DNA of 64,000 bases from Candidatus Liptonbacteria bacterium (GCA_023244895.1 JAHFLL010000001.1:745802-809801), one strand, 5' to 3'; shown: positions 39,531-48,219, numbered from the stretch's first letter. The notes: generated from the sequence alone by a model not told the origin. Program-made: numbers and translations.

Positions 39531-40295
39531 CTATCTTACTTTGTCACCATTCCCGTTTTGAGGCGGGAAACGGCGACGCAACTCCCGCAAGATGGGTTCG
39601 GCCTCTTTTTGCCGCTTCTCCCGCTGGAGCAGTTCTGCTAAGGCGAATTTGGCTTCCGCCACATCCAGCTCAGAGCAGGAAGAACAAGAGGTGGCCCGAT
39701 GAATGTGCGCGAGGGCCTTGTCGTGGCTACCTCCGCCCAGGAGCCGGCGTACTGCCCAAGAACGTTCGGCGACAACCTGCTCGATCCAGCCCAGAGCGGT
39801 AAGCGCCCGCGCGTGATTAGGGTCGCGCACCAACACTCTCTCTAACCCGGCGCGGGCAGAGCGATACTCACCGAGCCCGGTCTTGCGGTCCAACACCTGT
39901 AGGTTCAGCCACAGCTTATTGAGATGTAGCTTTGCCAACAGAAACTCGCAGCGGGCGTTGCGGGGAGAGTCGCGCAGGCACCTCTCGGCTTGGCGAACTC
40001 CCTCCGCCTGCAGTCTTAAGAATTCGGCTAGCGTACTCGGGTCGGGGGCCTGTTTGCTAAGTAATAGACCCGAACCATTCACGCCCGCCTGTTTCCGAAG
40101 CCGGAAGAGTAGCGCGCTGGTATGCGCCTCGTAGCTCTCCGGATCGTCCGGAAACAGCTTACGAGCCGCAGTTGCCCGCGTTGCCGCTACTTGGAAGTCC
40201 TGCCTGAAAAACGCTTCTCGGGACGCGTTTATTCTGGTCTCATACTCGGCGGGCAGGGCGAGCATGAGCAGAAGTCCCCAAATGGACCAGTTCAT
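39531..40295 (-). CDS. Secreted helical (TPR-like) hypothetical protein (GC-rich island C)
   Basis: It has a signal peptide MNWSIWGLLLMLALPA, a repetitive helical composition, and a GGAGG RBS. Confidence 0.35.
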   Translation of the reverse strand: MNWSIWGLLLMLALPAEYETRINASREAFFRQDFQVAATRATAARKLFPDDPESYEAHTSALLFRLRKQAGVNGSGLLLSKQAPDPSTLAEFLRLQAEGVRQAERCLRDSPRNARCEFLLAKLHLNKLWLNLQVLDRKTGLGEYRSARAGLERVLVRDPNHARALTALGWIEQVVAERSWAVRRLLGGGSHDKALAHIHRATSCSSCSELDVAEAKFALAELLQREKRQKEAEPILRELRRRFPPQNGNGDKVR

Positions 40296-40372
40296 GTTGC
40301 ACCTCCCCGTGCTGGTTCGGATTCTAGCAGGAAAAGTTTTGGGCGCAAGTTAAGTAATGTTAAAATAACCTC

Positions 40373-41248
40373 ATGCAAATCTTTGGCATCGCCTGGGCGC
40401 TCGTCGCGCTTTTTAGTTTTGGCTTTGGGGATTTTATGATTCAGCGCGCCACTCGTAGAATCGGGGATGTTCACGCTCTCTTTTATATCGGTATAACCGG
40501 CGGAATAGTTCTTCTACCTTTTATTTGGCAGGAGTTGCCAAACATATTTTCCAATAGTAATGGGATTGTTTTGCTTTTAGTTGTCTCCGTAATAACGGTG
40601 ATAGCTTCTTTGTTTGATTTTGAGGCACTGAAAGTGGGAAAAATTTCTATTATTAACCCGATTACCGGGCTGGAATTGCCCATAACCGTAGCGCTTGGAA
40701 TTTTTATTTTAGACGAGTGGATGGGCTGGTTGGATTTTGTGCTTATGATTTTAGTTTTTACGGGGATAGCGCTCGCCTCTTTCGGTGGGAAACTTAGACA
40801 CTTTTTTGAAACCAATTATCTGGAGAAGGGTGTGGTTCTCGCGTTTATAAGCGCCATCACCATGGCTCTCTTAAACTTTTTCGTGGGTGTTTCAAGCGAA
40901 GAGACTTCTCCGCTTCTCACTATTTGGTTCGCATTTCTATTCTCCGGAATATTTTGCCTGATAATTATGCTTATAACCGGGACTGCCAGACAAATTGGGC
41001 GCGACCTCCGACATAATCCTAAATTGATTATCGCGCAGTGTTCGCTAGACACGCTGGGCTGGGTTGCCTTTGCGCAAGCGACCACTTTTATATCCATTGC
41101 CATCACCACAACTATCAGCGAAGCATACATAGCGCTCTCCGCCCTTTTAGGCTTGTGGGTTGGCAGAGAAAAATTGGCGACTCACCAGAAAATAGGCATA
41201 GCCGTAACTATTGCCGGCGTTTTGATTTTATCCGCCTTAGTTTCATAG
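40373..41248 (+). CDS. EamA/DMT-superfamily transporter
   Basis: It has 10 TM helices and the two-repeat EamA architecture. Its GC content matches the backbone. Confidence 0.65.
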   Translation: MQIFGIAWALVALFSFGFGDFMIQRATRRIGDVHALFYIGITGGIVLLPFIWQELPNIFSNSNGIVLLLVVSVITVIASLFDFEALKVGKISIINPITGLELPITVALGIFILDEWMGWLDFVLMILVFTGIALASFGGKLRHFFETNYLEKGVVLAFISAITMALLNFFVGVSSEETSPLLTIWFAFLFSGIFCLIIMLITGTARQIGRDLRHNPKLIIAQCSLDTLGWVAFAQATTFISIAITTTISEAYIALSALLGLWVGREKLATHQKIGIAVTIAGVLILSALVS

Positions 41249-41321
41249 CCTTATTTGACTTTTTAGAAATTTATTATAAAATGTAGCCCTGTTCTTTGAA
41301 GGGGATGGAGGTCCCCTGCTG

Positions 41322-42173
41322 ATGACTATCCGACTTCTTGTTGCGGCGCTAGCGTTCCTGCTTTTCGTTCCCATAGGGGTATCGGCGCAGGACGCCAAGC
41401 CTAGTCCGTGGTCGGGGTTCGCGTACATACACCTCAACACGGATACGAGCCGCGACGGAGGGAAGATGGAAATCCCCCGAGCGCGGCTACGCCTGACACG
41501 TAAACCCCAAGAGGGTTGCGCGGCGGGGCAGGTGGAACTTGACCCGTCTGACCAGAGCTGGGTCCACCAGGCCTGGCTGGCCTGTCACACGGAAAACGGC
41601 TGGGCCATGAAGATTGGGCGGGTGTTTCTGTCCGCGCTGACTCAGAGCCCGCCGCCCTTCCTCCTCCGGGAGGTGGGGTATCAAGGAAGCTATCCCTACA
41701 ACGCCTACGCCTATGGGGCGCAGGTAGAGGGTCCGTTGGGAAGGGGTTGGAAGGTCGGAGTCGACTTCACTGGCAAGTCCGGACTCGACTTCTCCGCGCC
41801 GGGGCAGTTCCGGGGCATGGAGGTCTCCCTGCTCGTCTCTCGGAAGAAGGGGGTTGTGGGGTACGGCTTTGCGGCCCAGGTCGGAAGCGACATCGCGTCG
41901 CGCTACGGCCTAAATGGCGAGTGGCGCGCGAAGCGTTTTACACTCAGCGGGCTCGTAAGCTACGCGACTGAGCGCAAACACGCGGAAGGGTTCGTGGTCG
42001 CAGAGCTTCGCCTAACCGAATTCCTCCAGCCGTACTTCCAGCTGGACCGGAGCAAGGGCCACACCACCTGGCTCCTCGGCCTCCAGTTCCGGCCAAGCGG
42101 CAACGTCTTTCTGGTCGCCGACGCGAATCGCGCGCGGGCGGCCACCAGGACGCAGGTTTTCTTCAAGAAGTAG
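41322..42173 (+). CDS. Secreted beta-rich protein, possible beta-barrel (GC-rich island D)
   Basis: It has a signal peptide (LLFVPIGVSA-QD) and alternating hydrophobic strands (RFTLSGLVSYATE, GFVVAELRLTEF, TTWLLGLQF). It is a paralog of the island-E protein and has a GGAGG RBS. Confidence 0.4.
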   Translation: MTIRLLVAALAFLLFVPIGVSAQDAKPSPWSGFAYIHLNTDTSRDGGKMEIPRARLRLTRKPQEGCAAGQVELDPSDQSWVHQAWLACHTENGWAMKIGRVFLSALTQSPPPFLLREVGYQGSYPYNAYAYGAQVEGPLGRGWKVGVDFTGKSGLDFSAPGQFRGMEVSLLVSRKKGVVGYGFAAQVGSDIASRYGLNGEWRAKRFTLSGLVSYATERKHAEGFVVAELRLTEFLQPYFQLDRSKGHTTWLLGLQFRPSGNVFLVADANRARAATRTQVFFKK

Positions 42174-42179
42174 TAGCGA

Positions 42180-42205
42180 GGCAGGACGGCAACGCGTCGT
42201 CCTGC
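42180..42205 (+). terminator. GC-rich hairpin terminating the island-D gene
   Basis: The hairpin is GGCAGGACG-GCAACGC-CGTCCTGCC. Confidence 0.4.
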
Positions 42206-42207
42206 CC

Positions 42208-42247
42208 GCTCAATCCGAGCTCAGAATTATTTCTGAATTCGGATTGA
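42208..42247 (+). promoter_or_regulatory. Long (18 bp stem) hairpin or extended palindrome upstream of capA
   Basis: CTCAATCCGAGCTCAGAATTATTTCTGAATTCGGATTGAG pairs from its ends with one wobble, one mismatch and a four-nt loop. Confidence 0.4.
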
Positions 42248-42301
42248 GCCACGCGGACTGATTTGGCACGATTTTATCTTCCGCGCTAAGATTGGAGCGA
42301 G

Positions 42302-43369
42302 ATGCACCAGTTCTATAAATATCTGACCATAATATTGCTTGCGACCGCCGCCATAATCGGTCCAATTTTGTTCTTTGTTTTCCGACTATCCCCCGCTCCA
42401 CTCTTAGAACAAGCAAGTGTCCCGGGCACAAAAGAAGAAGTTGTGGAGTCGGAGACTCCCGTCCCCCGGGAACGGCAACCTATCAAGCTACTTGCCTTGG
42501 GCGATATTATGCTGGGTCGCGCAGTGCGAACTATGTATGAGAAGAATGGCCAGAACTATCTTTTGGGCAGTGCTTCGGAATTATTTTCCGGTAACGATAT
42601 CATCTGGACCAACCTGGAGGGTCCGACGCTTTATAACCCGCCCATCACGCCCGTAAATGGAATGGCGTTTGCTTTCACGACCAGCTCGCTCGCCATCCTA
42701 AAAAATGCGAATATAAACTTTCTTAATCTAGCCAATAACCACGGACTGGATCAGGGCAGGAAAGGATTTGAGGAAGCCCAGAAGATACTGCGCGAGAATA
42801 ATTTTATGTTTATGGGCGATCCGGCCAAGATCGGCGCGGCAAGTGTCGCCACCACCACGGTCAATGGCCGAGAGCTCGCGCTTCTGGGATTTAACGCAAC
42901 CTGGCAAACTTTTAAGCCGGAGGAGGCCGTAAAATTGATTCGGGAAATGAAGAGCTCCTCCTCTCGGTTAATCTTGGTAATGATCCATTGGGGGGAAGAA
43001 TATAAGCTCATTCATAACGCCGAACAGGAAAAAATCGCACATGCGCTTATAGACGCTGGCGCGGAGGTGGTTTTTGGCCATCATCCTCACGTGGTTCAAG
43101 ATATTGAAAAATATAACGGCAAATATATCTTCTACTCTCTGGGCAATCTTCTTTTTGACCAGTGGTTTTCAAAAGAGACTCAAGAGGGGCTGGCAGTGGA
43201 GATGAGTATTCTGGACGAGAATATTTCTTACCGCCTTCTGCCCTACCGTAGTGCACGCAGCGCGGTTACGGAACTGAGCGAGCCGGAAACACAAGCTTGG
43301 TTTTTAGACTTCGCGAAGCGCAACCCAAAAGAGCTGAGCGAGCCTATAGCGACTGGATATTTGGATTAA
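42302..43369 (+). CDS. CapA-family metallophosphoesterase (poly-gamma-glutamate synthesis/capsule protein CapA-like)
   Basis: It has an N-terminal TM helix, the motif LLALGDIMLGRAV, and FGHHPHVVQ (PGA_cap family). Confidence 0.65.
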   Translation: MHQFYKYLTIILLATAAIIGPILFFVFRLSPAPLLEQASVPGTKEEVVESETPVPRERQPIKLLALGDIMLGRAVRTMYEKNGQNYLLGSASELFSGNDIIWTNLEGPTLYNPPITPVNGMAFAFTTSSLAILKNANINFLNLANNHGLDQGRKGFEEAQKILRENNFMFMGDPAKIGAASVATTTVNGRELALLGFNATWQTFKPEEAVKLIREMKSSSSRLILVMIHWGEEYKLIHNAEQEKIAHALIDAGAEVVFGHHPHVVQDIEKYNGKYIFYSLGNLLFDQWFSKETQEGLAVEMSILDENISYRLLPYRSARSAVTELSEPETQAWFLDFAKRNPKELSEPIATGYLD

Positions 43370-43427
43370 TGTCAGATTGTCCGAGTTCGATATTCTATGT
43401 TTTATGACTCATGTTGCATATTCTTAA

Positions 43428-43988
43428 TTGACTTTTACGCCTAATTTATGTAATATTGCGCTTGTAAATCAATACCCCATAGCCATACTTAGACCACGCA
43501 TCAACAATCAAATAACCGCTCCGCAATTGCGGGTAATAGACTCGGAAGGTAAAAATCTGGGGGTTATTACACGGGAAGAGGCGTTGCAGTTGGCTCGACC
43601 AGAAGAAGGACTGGACCTGATAGAGATTTCTTCCACTGCCGTGCCTCCAGTAGCGCGCATAATGAGCTTTGATAAGTACCGCTATGAACGCGAGAAGGCA
43701 GATAAGAAGGAGCGTCAACTTCAAAAGGCGGCAGGGGGCAAGAGAATCCAAATCAGCGTGCGAGCCGCGGAACACGACCTTCAAACCAAGGTTCATCAGC
43801 TAGAAAAGTTTCTAAATGAAGGACATCAGGTGGAAGTGTACGTAAGATTGAGGGGCAGGGAGAAGTACAATCAGAACTTCGCGAATCAGAAACTAGGCGA
43901 TTTCTTGAAAATGATAACTGTGGAATATAAGACTATGGGCGCGCCCCGCTTCGCGCAAGGATTAAGTATTCAAATAGTAAAAAAGTAG
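43428..43988 (+). CDS. infC: Translation initiation factor IF-3
   Basis: It aligns with E. coli IF-3 from INNQITAPQLRVIDSEGKNLGV through EISSTAVPPVARIMSF. The ORF-track start at 43428 is TTG. The true start is probably a non-AUG codon (AUA/AUU at about 43479-43487), as in infC of other bacteria. Confidence 0.8.
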   Translation: MTFTPNLCNIALVNQYPIAILRPRINNQITAPQLRVIDSEGKNLGVITREEALQLARPEEGLDLIEISSTAVPPVARIMSFDKYRYEREKADKKERQLQKAAGGKRIQISVRAAEHDLQTKVHQLEKFLNEGHQVEVYVRLRGREKYNQNFANQKLGDFLKMITVEYKTMGAPRFAQGLSIQIVKK

Positions 43989-44040
43989 ACAGCGACCCGA
44001 ATGTCACGAATTACATACGAATTACCCGAATAATAAAAAC

Positions 44041-44211
44041 ATGAGTATTAGAAAAAGCATCAGTAAGAGAATAAGGATAACCAGAAACGGCAAGATTGTG
44101 CGTCGCCCCATGGGCGTGGACCATTTTCGCACTCGCAAGAGCAGTAAGAATGTGCGCAGCAAGCGCAAGACTCTTTCTATTGATCACGCCGTTAAAACAA
44201 TAATGCACTAG
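44041..44211 (+). CDS. rpmI: 50S ribosomal protein L35 (56 aa; below the ORF-track cutoff)
   Basis: It reads MSIRKSISKRIRITRNGKIVRRPMGVDHFRTRKSSKNVRSKRKTLSIDHAVKTIMH, a basic L35-like protein. It sits between infC and rplT in the conserved infC-rpmI-rplT operon order. Confidence 0.7.
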   Translation: MSIRKSISKRIRITRNGKIVRRPMGVDHFRTRKSSKNVRSKRKTLSIDHAVKTIMH

Positions 44212-44256
44212 TGGTCAATTTATAAATTATTAATTAATAATCATTAATCAACCGAT

Positions 44257-44601
44257 ATGCCTAGAGTAAAGAGAGGAACAACCGCGAATAAGCGCCGTAA
44301 GAACGTACTCAAACAAACCAAAGGTTTTCGCTGGGGCCGTAAGTCTAAAGAGCGCGCCGCCAAGGAAGCGCTACTGCACGGTTTGCGCCGCAAACTACGC
44401 GGACGCAAAGAGAAGAAGCGCAATTATCGCGCCCTGTGGAGTGCCCGCATCAATGCCGGCACCCGCGCGGAAGGAATGAGTTATAGCAAATTGATTTCCG
44501 GGTTAAAGAAGAAGGGGATAAAGCTGGACCGCAAGATTCTTTCTACCCTAGCTGAAACCGAACCCAAAGTATTCAAAAATATCATAGAGCTGGCCAAATA
44601 G
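44257..44601 (+). CDS. rplT: 50S ribosomal protein L20
   Basis: It begins MPRVKRGTTANKRRKNVLKQTKGFRWGRK and is canonical L20. Confidence 0.9.
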   Translation: MPRVKRGTTANKRRKNVLKQTKGFRWGRKSKERAAKEALLHGLRRKLRGRKEKKRNYRALWSARINAGTRAEGMSYSKLISGLKKKGIKLDRKILSTLAETEPKVFKNIIELAK

Positions 44602-44625
44602 AATAATTCCACACGAAACTTGTAC

Positions 44626-44651
44626 GCGCCCCCGCCGATTGACGGGGGCGC
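44626..44651. terminator. GC-rich bidirectional hairpin between rplT and the island-E gene
   Basis: The hairpin is GCGCCCCCG-CCGATTGA-CGGGGGCGC. Confidence 0.45.
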
Positions 44652-44658
44652 GTTCGTT

Positions 44659-45324
44659 CTAGCGCAAAAACACGATGTACCAGCGCAGAAAGTTGCGGTC
44701 GTTCCGGAGCTGGTATGCGGCGGTGAGCGCGATTTTGCGCGCGCCGAGATGTGGGAGCGGCCGCAAGACCAGGCTCACTCGTGGACCCGCGCCCCAGGAA
44801 TCCCGGCCATGAAAACGGCTCACCACCTCAGATTCCGCTCCGACTCGCAGGACCATGCCTGCGGTATCCAGTTTAGCAGAACTGGAGGCTACGGGTGCGT
44901 CCGTGGAAATAAAGGAGATGGTGCGAGCGGACTGGCCACGGGGGTAGAGGTGGGCTTCTCCGTAAAGATTCCACTCCCCGATTTTGCGCAGACCGCGCAG
45001 ATTGAAGGCTGGCTCCAAGCGGATCGCTCCTCCCTGATTGACCCGCGCGCCGATCAGGAACTCCACCCAGTTGGGTTTACTGGCCCAACCGACACCAACC
45101 AGGCTTAAAGAGGTGGCGCCCGTGCTCGTGCCCTCTTTATTGACCGCAGTCATGTCCGGCAGGACCAGCCATCCTGCCAGGGACCAGCCCGATTGGGCGG
45201 GCTGCTGGTGGAACGCGAGCCGGACTTGTGTCTCCGTGCCGTTCTGCGCCATCGCTGGCATAGCCCAAAGGAACGCGAAAAGCACGGTGATCGTGGCGAC
45301 GAGCATCTTAATATTAAGACCCAT
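44659..45324 (-). CDS. Secreted beta-rich protein, paralog of 41322..42173 (GC-rich island E)
   Basis: It has a signal peptide (VLFAFLWAMPAMA-QNG) and is similar in length and strand pattern to the island-D protein. The start is set at MGLNI (45324), which is preceded by a GGGAAGG RBS. Confidence 0.4.
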   Translation of the reverse strand: MGLNIKMLVATITVLFAFLWAMPAMAQNGTETQVRLAFHQQPAQSGWSLAGWLVLPDMTAVNKEGTSTGATSLSLVGVGWASKPNWVEFLIGARVNQGGAIRLEPAFNLRGLRKIGEWNLYGEAHLYPRGQSARTISFISTDAPVASSSAKLDTAGMVLRVGAESEVVSRFHGRDSWGAGPRVSLVLRPLPHLGARKIALTAAYQLRNDRNFLRWYIVFLR

Positions 45325-45423
45325 GATGCGCCTTCCCTTCTGTCTTAGTTTCAAGATATTTAATTCTCAAGGCTTAAGTGTCAGGATTGACACTCTGGCC
45401 CTAATCATTCATAGTTAGGCAGT

Positions 45424-45459
45424 GGTGGCCAAGACCACCAATGGGTGGTATATACCACC
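45424..45459. promoter_or_regulatory. Two adjacent GGTGG-N6-CCACC palindromes (candidate operator) upstream of the TrmB-family regulator gene
   Basis: TGGTGG-CCAAGA-CCACCA at 45423-45440 and GGTGG-TATATA-CCACC at 45444-45459 lie in the divergent promoter region between the island-E gene and the TrmB regulator gene. Confidence 0.4.
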
Positions 45460-45571
45460 ACATAGTTCTTGATAATATTTGATCTTCTACTGCAGGCATT
45501 ACAGACGCGTGCTAAAGAAAGCGGGCTGCCTACGAGAAAAAACATGTCGTTAGATTTACATAAATATTAAA

Positions 45572-46345
45572 ATGGTAATCTCAAGAGTGGTGGCGGAAAG
45601 CCTGGGCCTCTCCCCTAATGAAGCGAGAATATACGAGGCACTCGTGGAACACGGTGAGTCGGGAGTGAGCGAGATAGCGCTTTTCGGCAATATCCACCGC
45701 CGGAACGCTTATGACGCTATCCATCGTTTAGTAGAGAAGGGGCTGTGCTTCCCGATTCTTTCCGCGGGAGAAAATAAATACAACGCCGTGGACCCAGATA
45801 AACTGGTTGAGCTTCTATCGGAAAATTCCGAACGCCTATTAAAAGTTCTACCGGAATTAAAAAAGAAATTTGCCGCCCGGGTGGCACCGGAAGAGGCTTA
45901 TATCTATCGCGGGCTGGAAGGCCAAAAGAATATTTGGCGAGACGTTCTGCGGGTGGGCGAGGACAGCTATTTCATCGGCGCCAAAGGTGGCTGGTTTGAT
46001 CCCCTTCTCGCGCATTCCAATGAGGCATTCTTTAAAGAGGCTAACCGCAAGAAAATAAAATTTATTCAACTTTTTGATTATGAAGTTAAGGATCAATTAT
46101 CCGACTTCCCTGACTACTTTCCCGGCAAACTAGAATACAGGTTTTTGGACAAAAAATATTCTACTGATTCTGGCATTCATATCTTCGGCGATTACGTTGT
46201 TACCTATACCGGCCTGCATATTAAAAAACTGGCGGAGGATTTAACTTTTTTCGTAATCCATAGCAAGAACCTAGCCGAAAGTTACCGTATCTGGTTTTGG
46301 TCCATGTGGGATTCCGCCATTCCACCTAAAAGTCTGAAAAGGTAA
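45572..46345 (+). CDS. TrmB-family transcriptional regulator (sugar-responsive HTH regulator)
   Basis: The N-terminal wHTH LGLSPNEARIYEALVEHGESGVSEIAL is typical of TrmB. The C-terminal domain is of sugar-binding length. Confidence 0.55.
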   Translation: MVISRVVAESLGLSPNEARIYEALVEHGESGVSEIALFGNIHRRNAYDAIHRLVEKGLCFPILSAGENKYNAVDPDKLVELLSENSERLLKVLPELKKKFAARVAPEEAYIYRGLEGQKNIWRDVLRVGEDSYFIGAKGGWFDPLLAHSNEAFFKEANRKKIKFIQLFDYEVKDQLSDFPDYFPGKLEYRFLDKKYSTDSGIHIFGDYVVTYTGLHIKKLAEDLTFFVIHSKNLAESYRIWFWSMWDSAIPPKSLKR

Positions 46346-47058
46346 TTCGCGCACCACATATCAAAAATACCCCAAGTGGGATATTTTTGATTTATACTCT
46401 CACCGTTTTAATCCACGATATAATCCCGAACTAAAACGGTTGGAGGTCGGACGCATTGCGCGCCCGACCTCCGGATTCTGTCTGCAGGTGTCCCTATCCT
46501 GCACGGGGCCGACACTGCCGTCGACAGCCTCCAGTGTGTTTTTTACGCATCCCTGGATACAGCGTTCGACCTTAGTCGTGGTCAACGACTAGGTCGCAGC
46601 GAACCTTCTTCGCGGGGGTCTTTTCGCCACAGGCCACCCCACCGGCTAGTTCGCACATCGCCTTTCGCCAGCCTGGTTCTGCTACGCAGGAAGCCCTACG
46701 GGCTCCTGTTTCATAACGACACGCTTTCCCTCCTTGGATCTTTGGGATCCGCGTAAAACGACGGTCAATGCGGCGACCGCCAACCGTGCCCCACCAATAA
46801 GCGGAGCAAGTAATACCGGGGTGTTCTTATCCCCAGCGCCAAATATCTAAACCGACATTACAAACACTTAAATGGATAATTCTATTTAGATACTTAGCGC
46901 TAGGGACACCTTAAAAGAACTCCTCGTCTCAATCTACAAACTATCATTTATAGATTGAGGTAGGAGTCCCAACATGCGACGTATCGCAGTTGGGACCCAA
47001 GATGTTGTGGAGTGGACTGATGGAGAATCAGTCGCGGACTCCTATTTCAGCTACCCGC

Positions 47059-47631
47059 CTAGAAGACGGCGGGCCGCACTACCGGGATCGGGTGGGGCTT
47101 TGTCCATGTTGCCCCGACCAGCCCAGCGGCGTGGACCTCGGCCAGTCGCTCCTTGGGAACGATCCAGCCCCGCGTGCCACTAACCGAGAAGTCGGCGACA
47201 GCGAACTCGTCGCCGAACCCGACTGGCTGAAACCCACCGGGGCTATACAGTACCGGGAGGCCCAACTCACGGCAGCCGCGGCGGAGCGGCAGGTCACGCA
47301 ACAGCTCGATTTCGCAACCGGGCCAGTACGCTCCCTCCCTCATCGCCCGCGCGAACCGCAGGTGGCGACAGGAGTGCCCACCGCGCGAGCCCCCTTCCAC
47401 TACGACGATCGCGTCATTGGTAAAGGTGAAGGTCGCGCCATTAACCCCCATCCAGTCCTCGATCGGCTTGTCGCAAGTCGCGACCTGCAGGACGTCGGGG
47501 GTAGCGATGATGGCCACCCACAACTTCCATCCGGCCGGGACGAACATCGGGGTCTGCTCGTAGGCGTCCATCCGCCAGCTGGCGGGCAGGTCTGCCACCG
47601 GCTGCACGAATCTTCCTGATAGTCCTGACAT
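47059..47631 (-). CDS. Hypothetical protein (GC-rich island F)
   Basis: The ORF has strong GC3 bias and a GGAGGTGGTC-ATG RBS at the in-frame Met MSGLSG. The opposite-strand ORF 46990..47619 is Pro/Arg/Gly-rich and judged to be an antisense artefact. Confidence 0.4.
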   Translation of the reverse strand: MSGLSGRFVQPVADLPASWRMDAYEQTPMFVPAGWKLWVAIIATPDVLQVATCDKPIEDWMGVNGATFTFTNDAIVVVEGGSRGGHSCRHLRFARAMREGAYWPGCEIELLRDLPLRRGCRELGLPVLYSPGGFQPVGFGDEFAVADFSVSGTRGWIVPKERLAEVHAAGLVGATWTKPHPIPVVRPAVF

Positions 47632-47865
47632 GACCACCTCCACGAAGGTTGCAGGTCCCACCGCCTGCGATTAATTTTGAACATCGCCGTGGGGAGCGAT
47701 GTTTTCGGCAGAGTACTTAAAAATCAATAAATATTAATTCCTAAATACTCCGCCGAAAATCAACTTATCTCAAGGTACTATTCAAGCTTACTCTCTTATT
47801 ATACCACATAATATGCCATATTGTCAAGTGTAAAATAGCCCTATTTTACCTATATAAAAACACGA

Positions 47866-48219
47866 TCAGATCCCTCTCCGCCTGCTGGCGGCTCGGGATG
47901 AAAAACTATACCGCCTTAGGTCTACCTTTCCTTTTCTTACCAATACCCCTTCCTGGGCGAGAAGTGCCTGCTTCTTTTTGGTGCCAAAAGCGAAACCGCC
48001 CAAGGAACCGTCCGAGCACACCACCCGATGGCAAGGCACCCGCCGGTTGGCGGACAAATCTTTTACAAGATATGAATATTTATTTTTATTTAAAGCATTG
48101 CCCACCGCCCGAGCGGCACGCGGATGGCCAATCATGCGCGCGATTTGCGCGTAGGTGGCAACTTTACCGCGTGGTATTTTGCGGGCGGCGTTCCACACCT
48201 TTTCTGCGAAGGAAATCAT
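47866..48219 (-). CDS. Methylated-DNA-protein-cysteine methyltransferase-like DNA-binding domain protein (Ogt/ATL-like, short)
   Basis: It has the active-site motif PCHRVV inside a winged-helix MGMT C-terminal domain. It is 117 aa. Confidence 0.6.
   Translation of the reverse strand: MISFAEKVWNAARKIPRGKVATYAQIARMIGHPRAARAVGNALNKNKYSYLVKDLSANRRVPCHRVVCSDGSLGGFAFGTKKKQALLAQEGVLVRKGKVDLRRYSFSSRAASRRRGI

Noticed and set aside
44011-44208. 65 aa minus-strand ORF
   Set aside because: It overlaps the plus-strand 56 aa ribosomal protein L35 gene that sits in the conserved infC-rpmI-rplT context. The minus-strand product has no homology.
46390-46980. Possible RNase P RNA, SRP RNA or group II intron domain V in the structured non-coding region
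   Set aside because: I could not find the conserved P4 (GGAAAGUCCGG / ACAGAANCCGGCUUA), SRP domain IV or domain V consensus on either strand. The region is left as an unclassified structured element.
46990-47619. Plus-strand 209 aa ORF in island F
   Set aside because: Its product is Pro/Arg/Gly-rich with a CPCCPDQP run. The opposite-strand ORF has strong GC3 periodicity and a GGAGG RBS, so the plus ORF is judged to be antisense.
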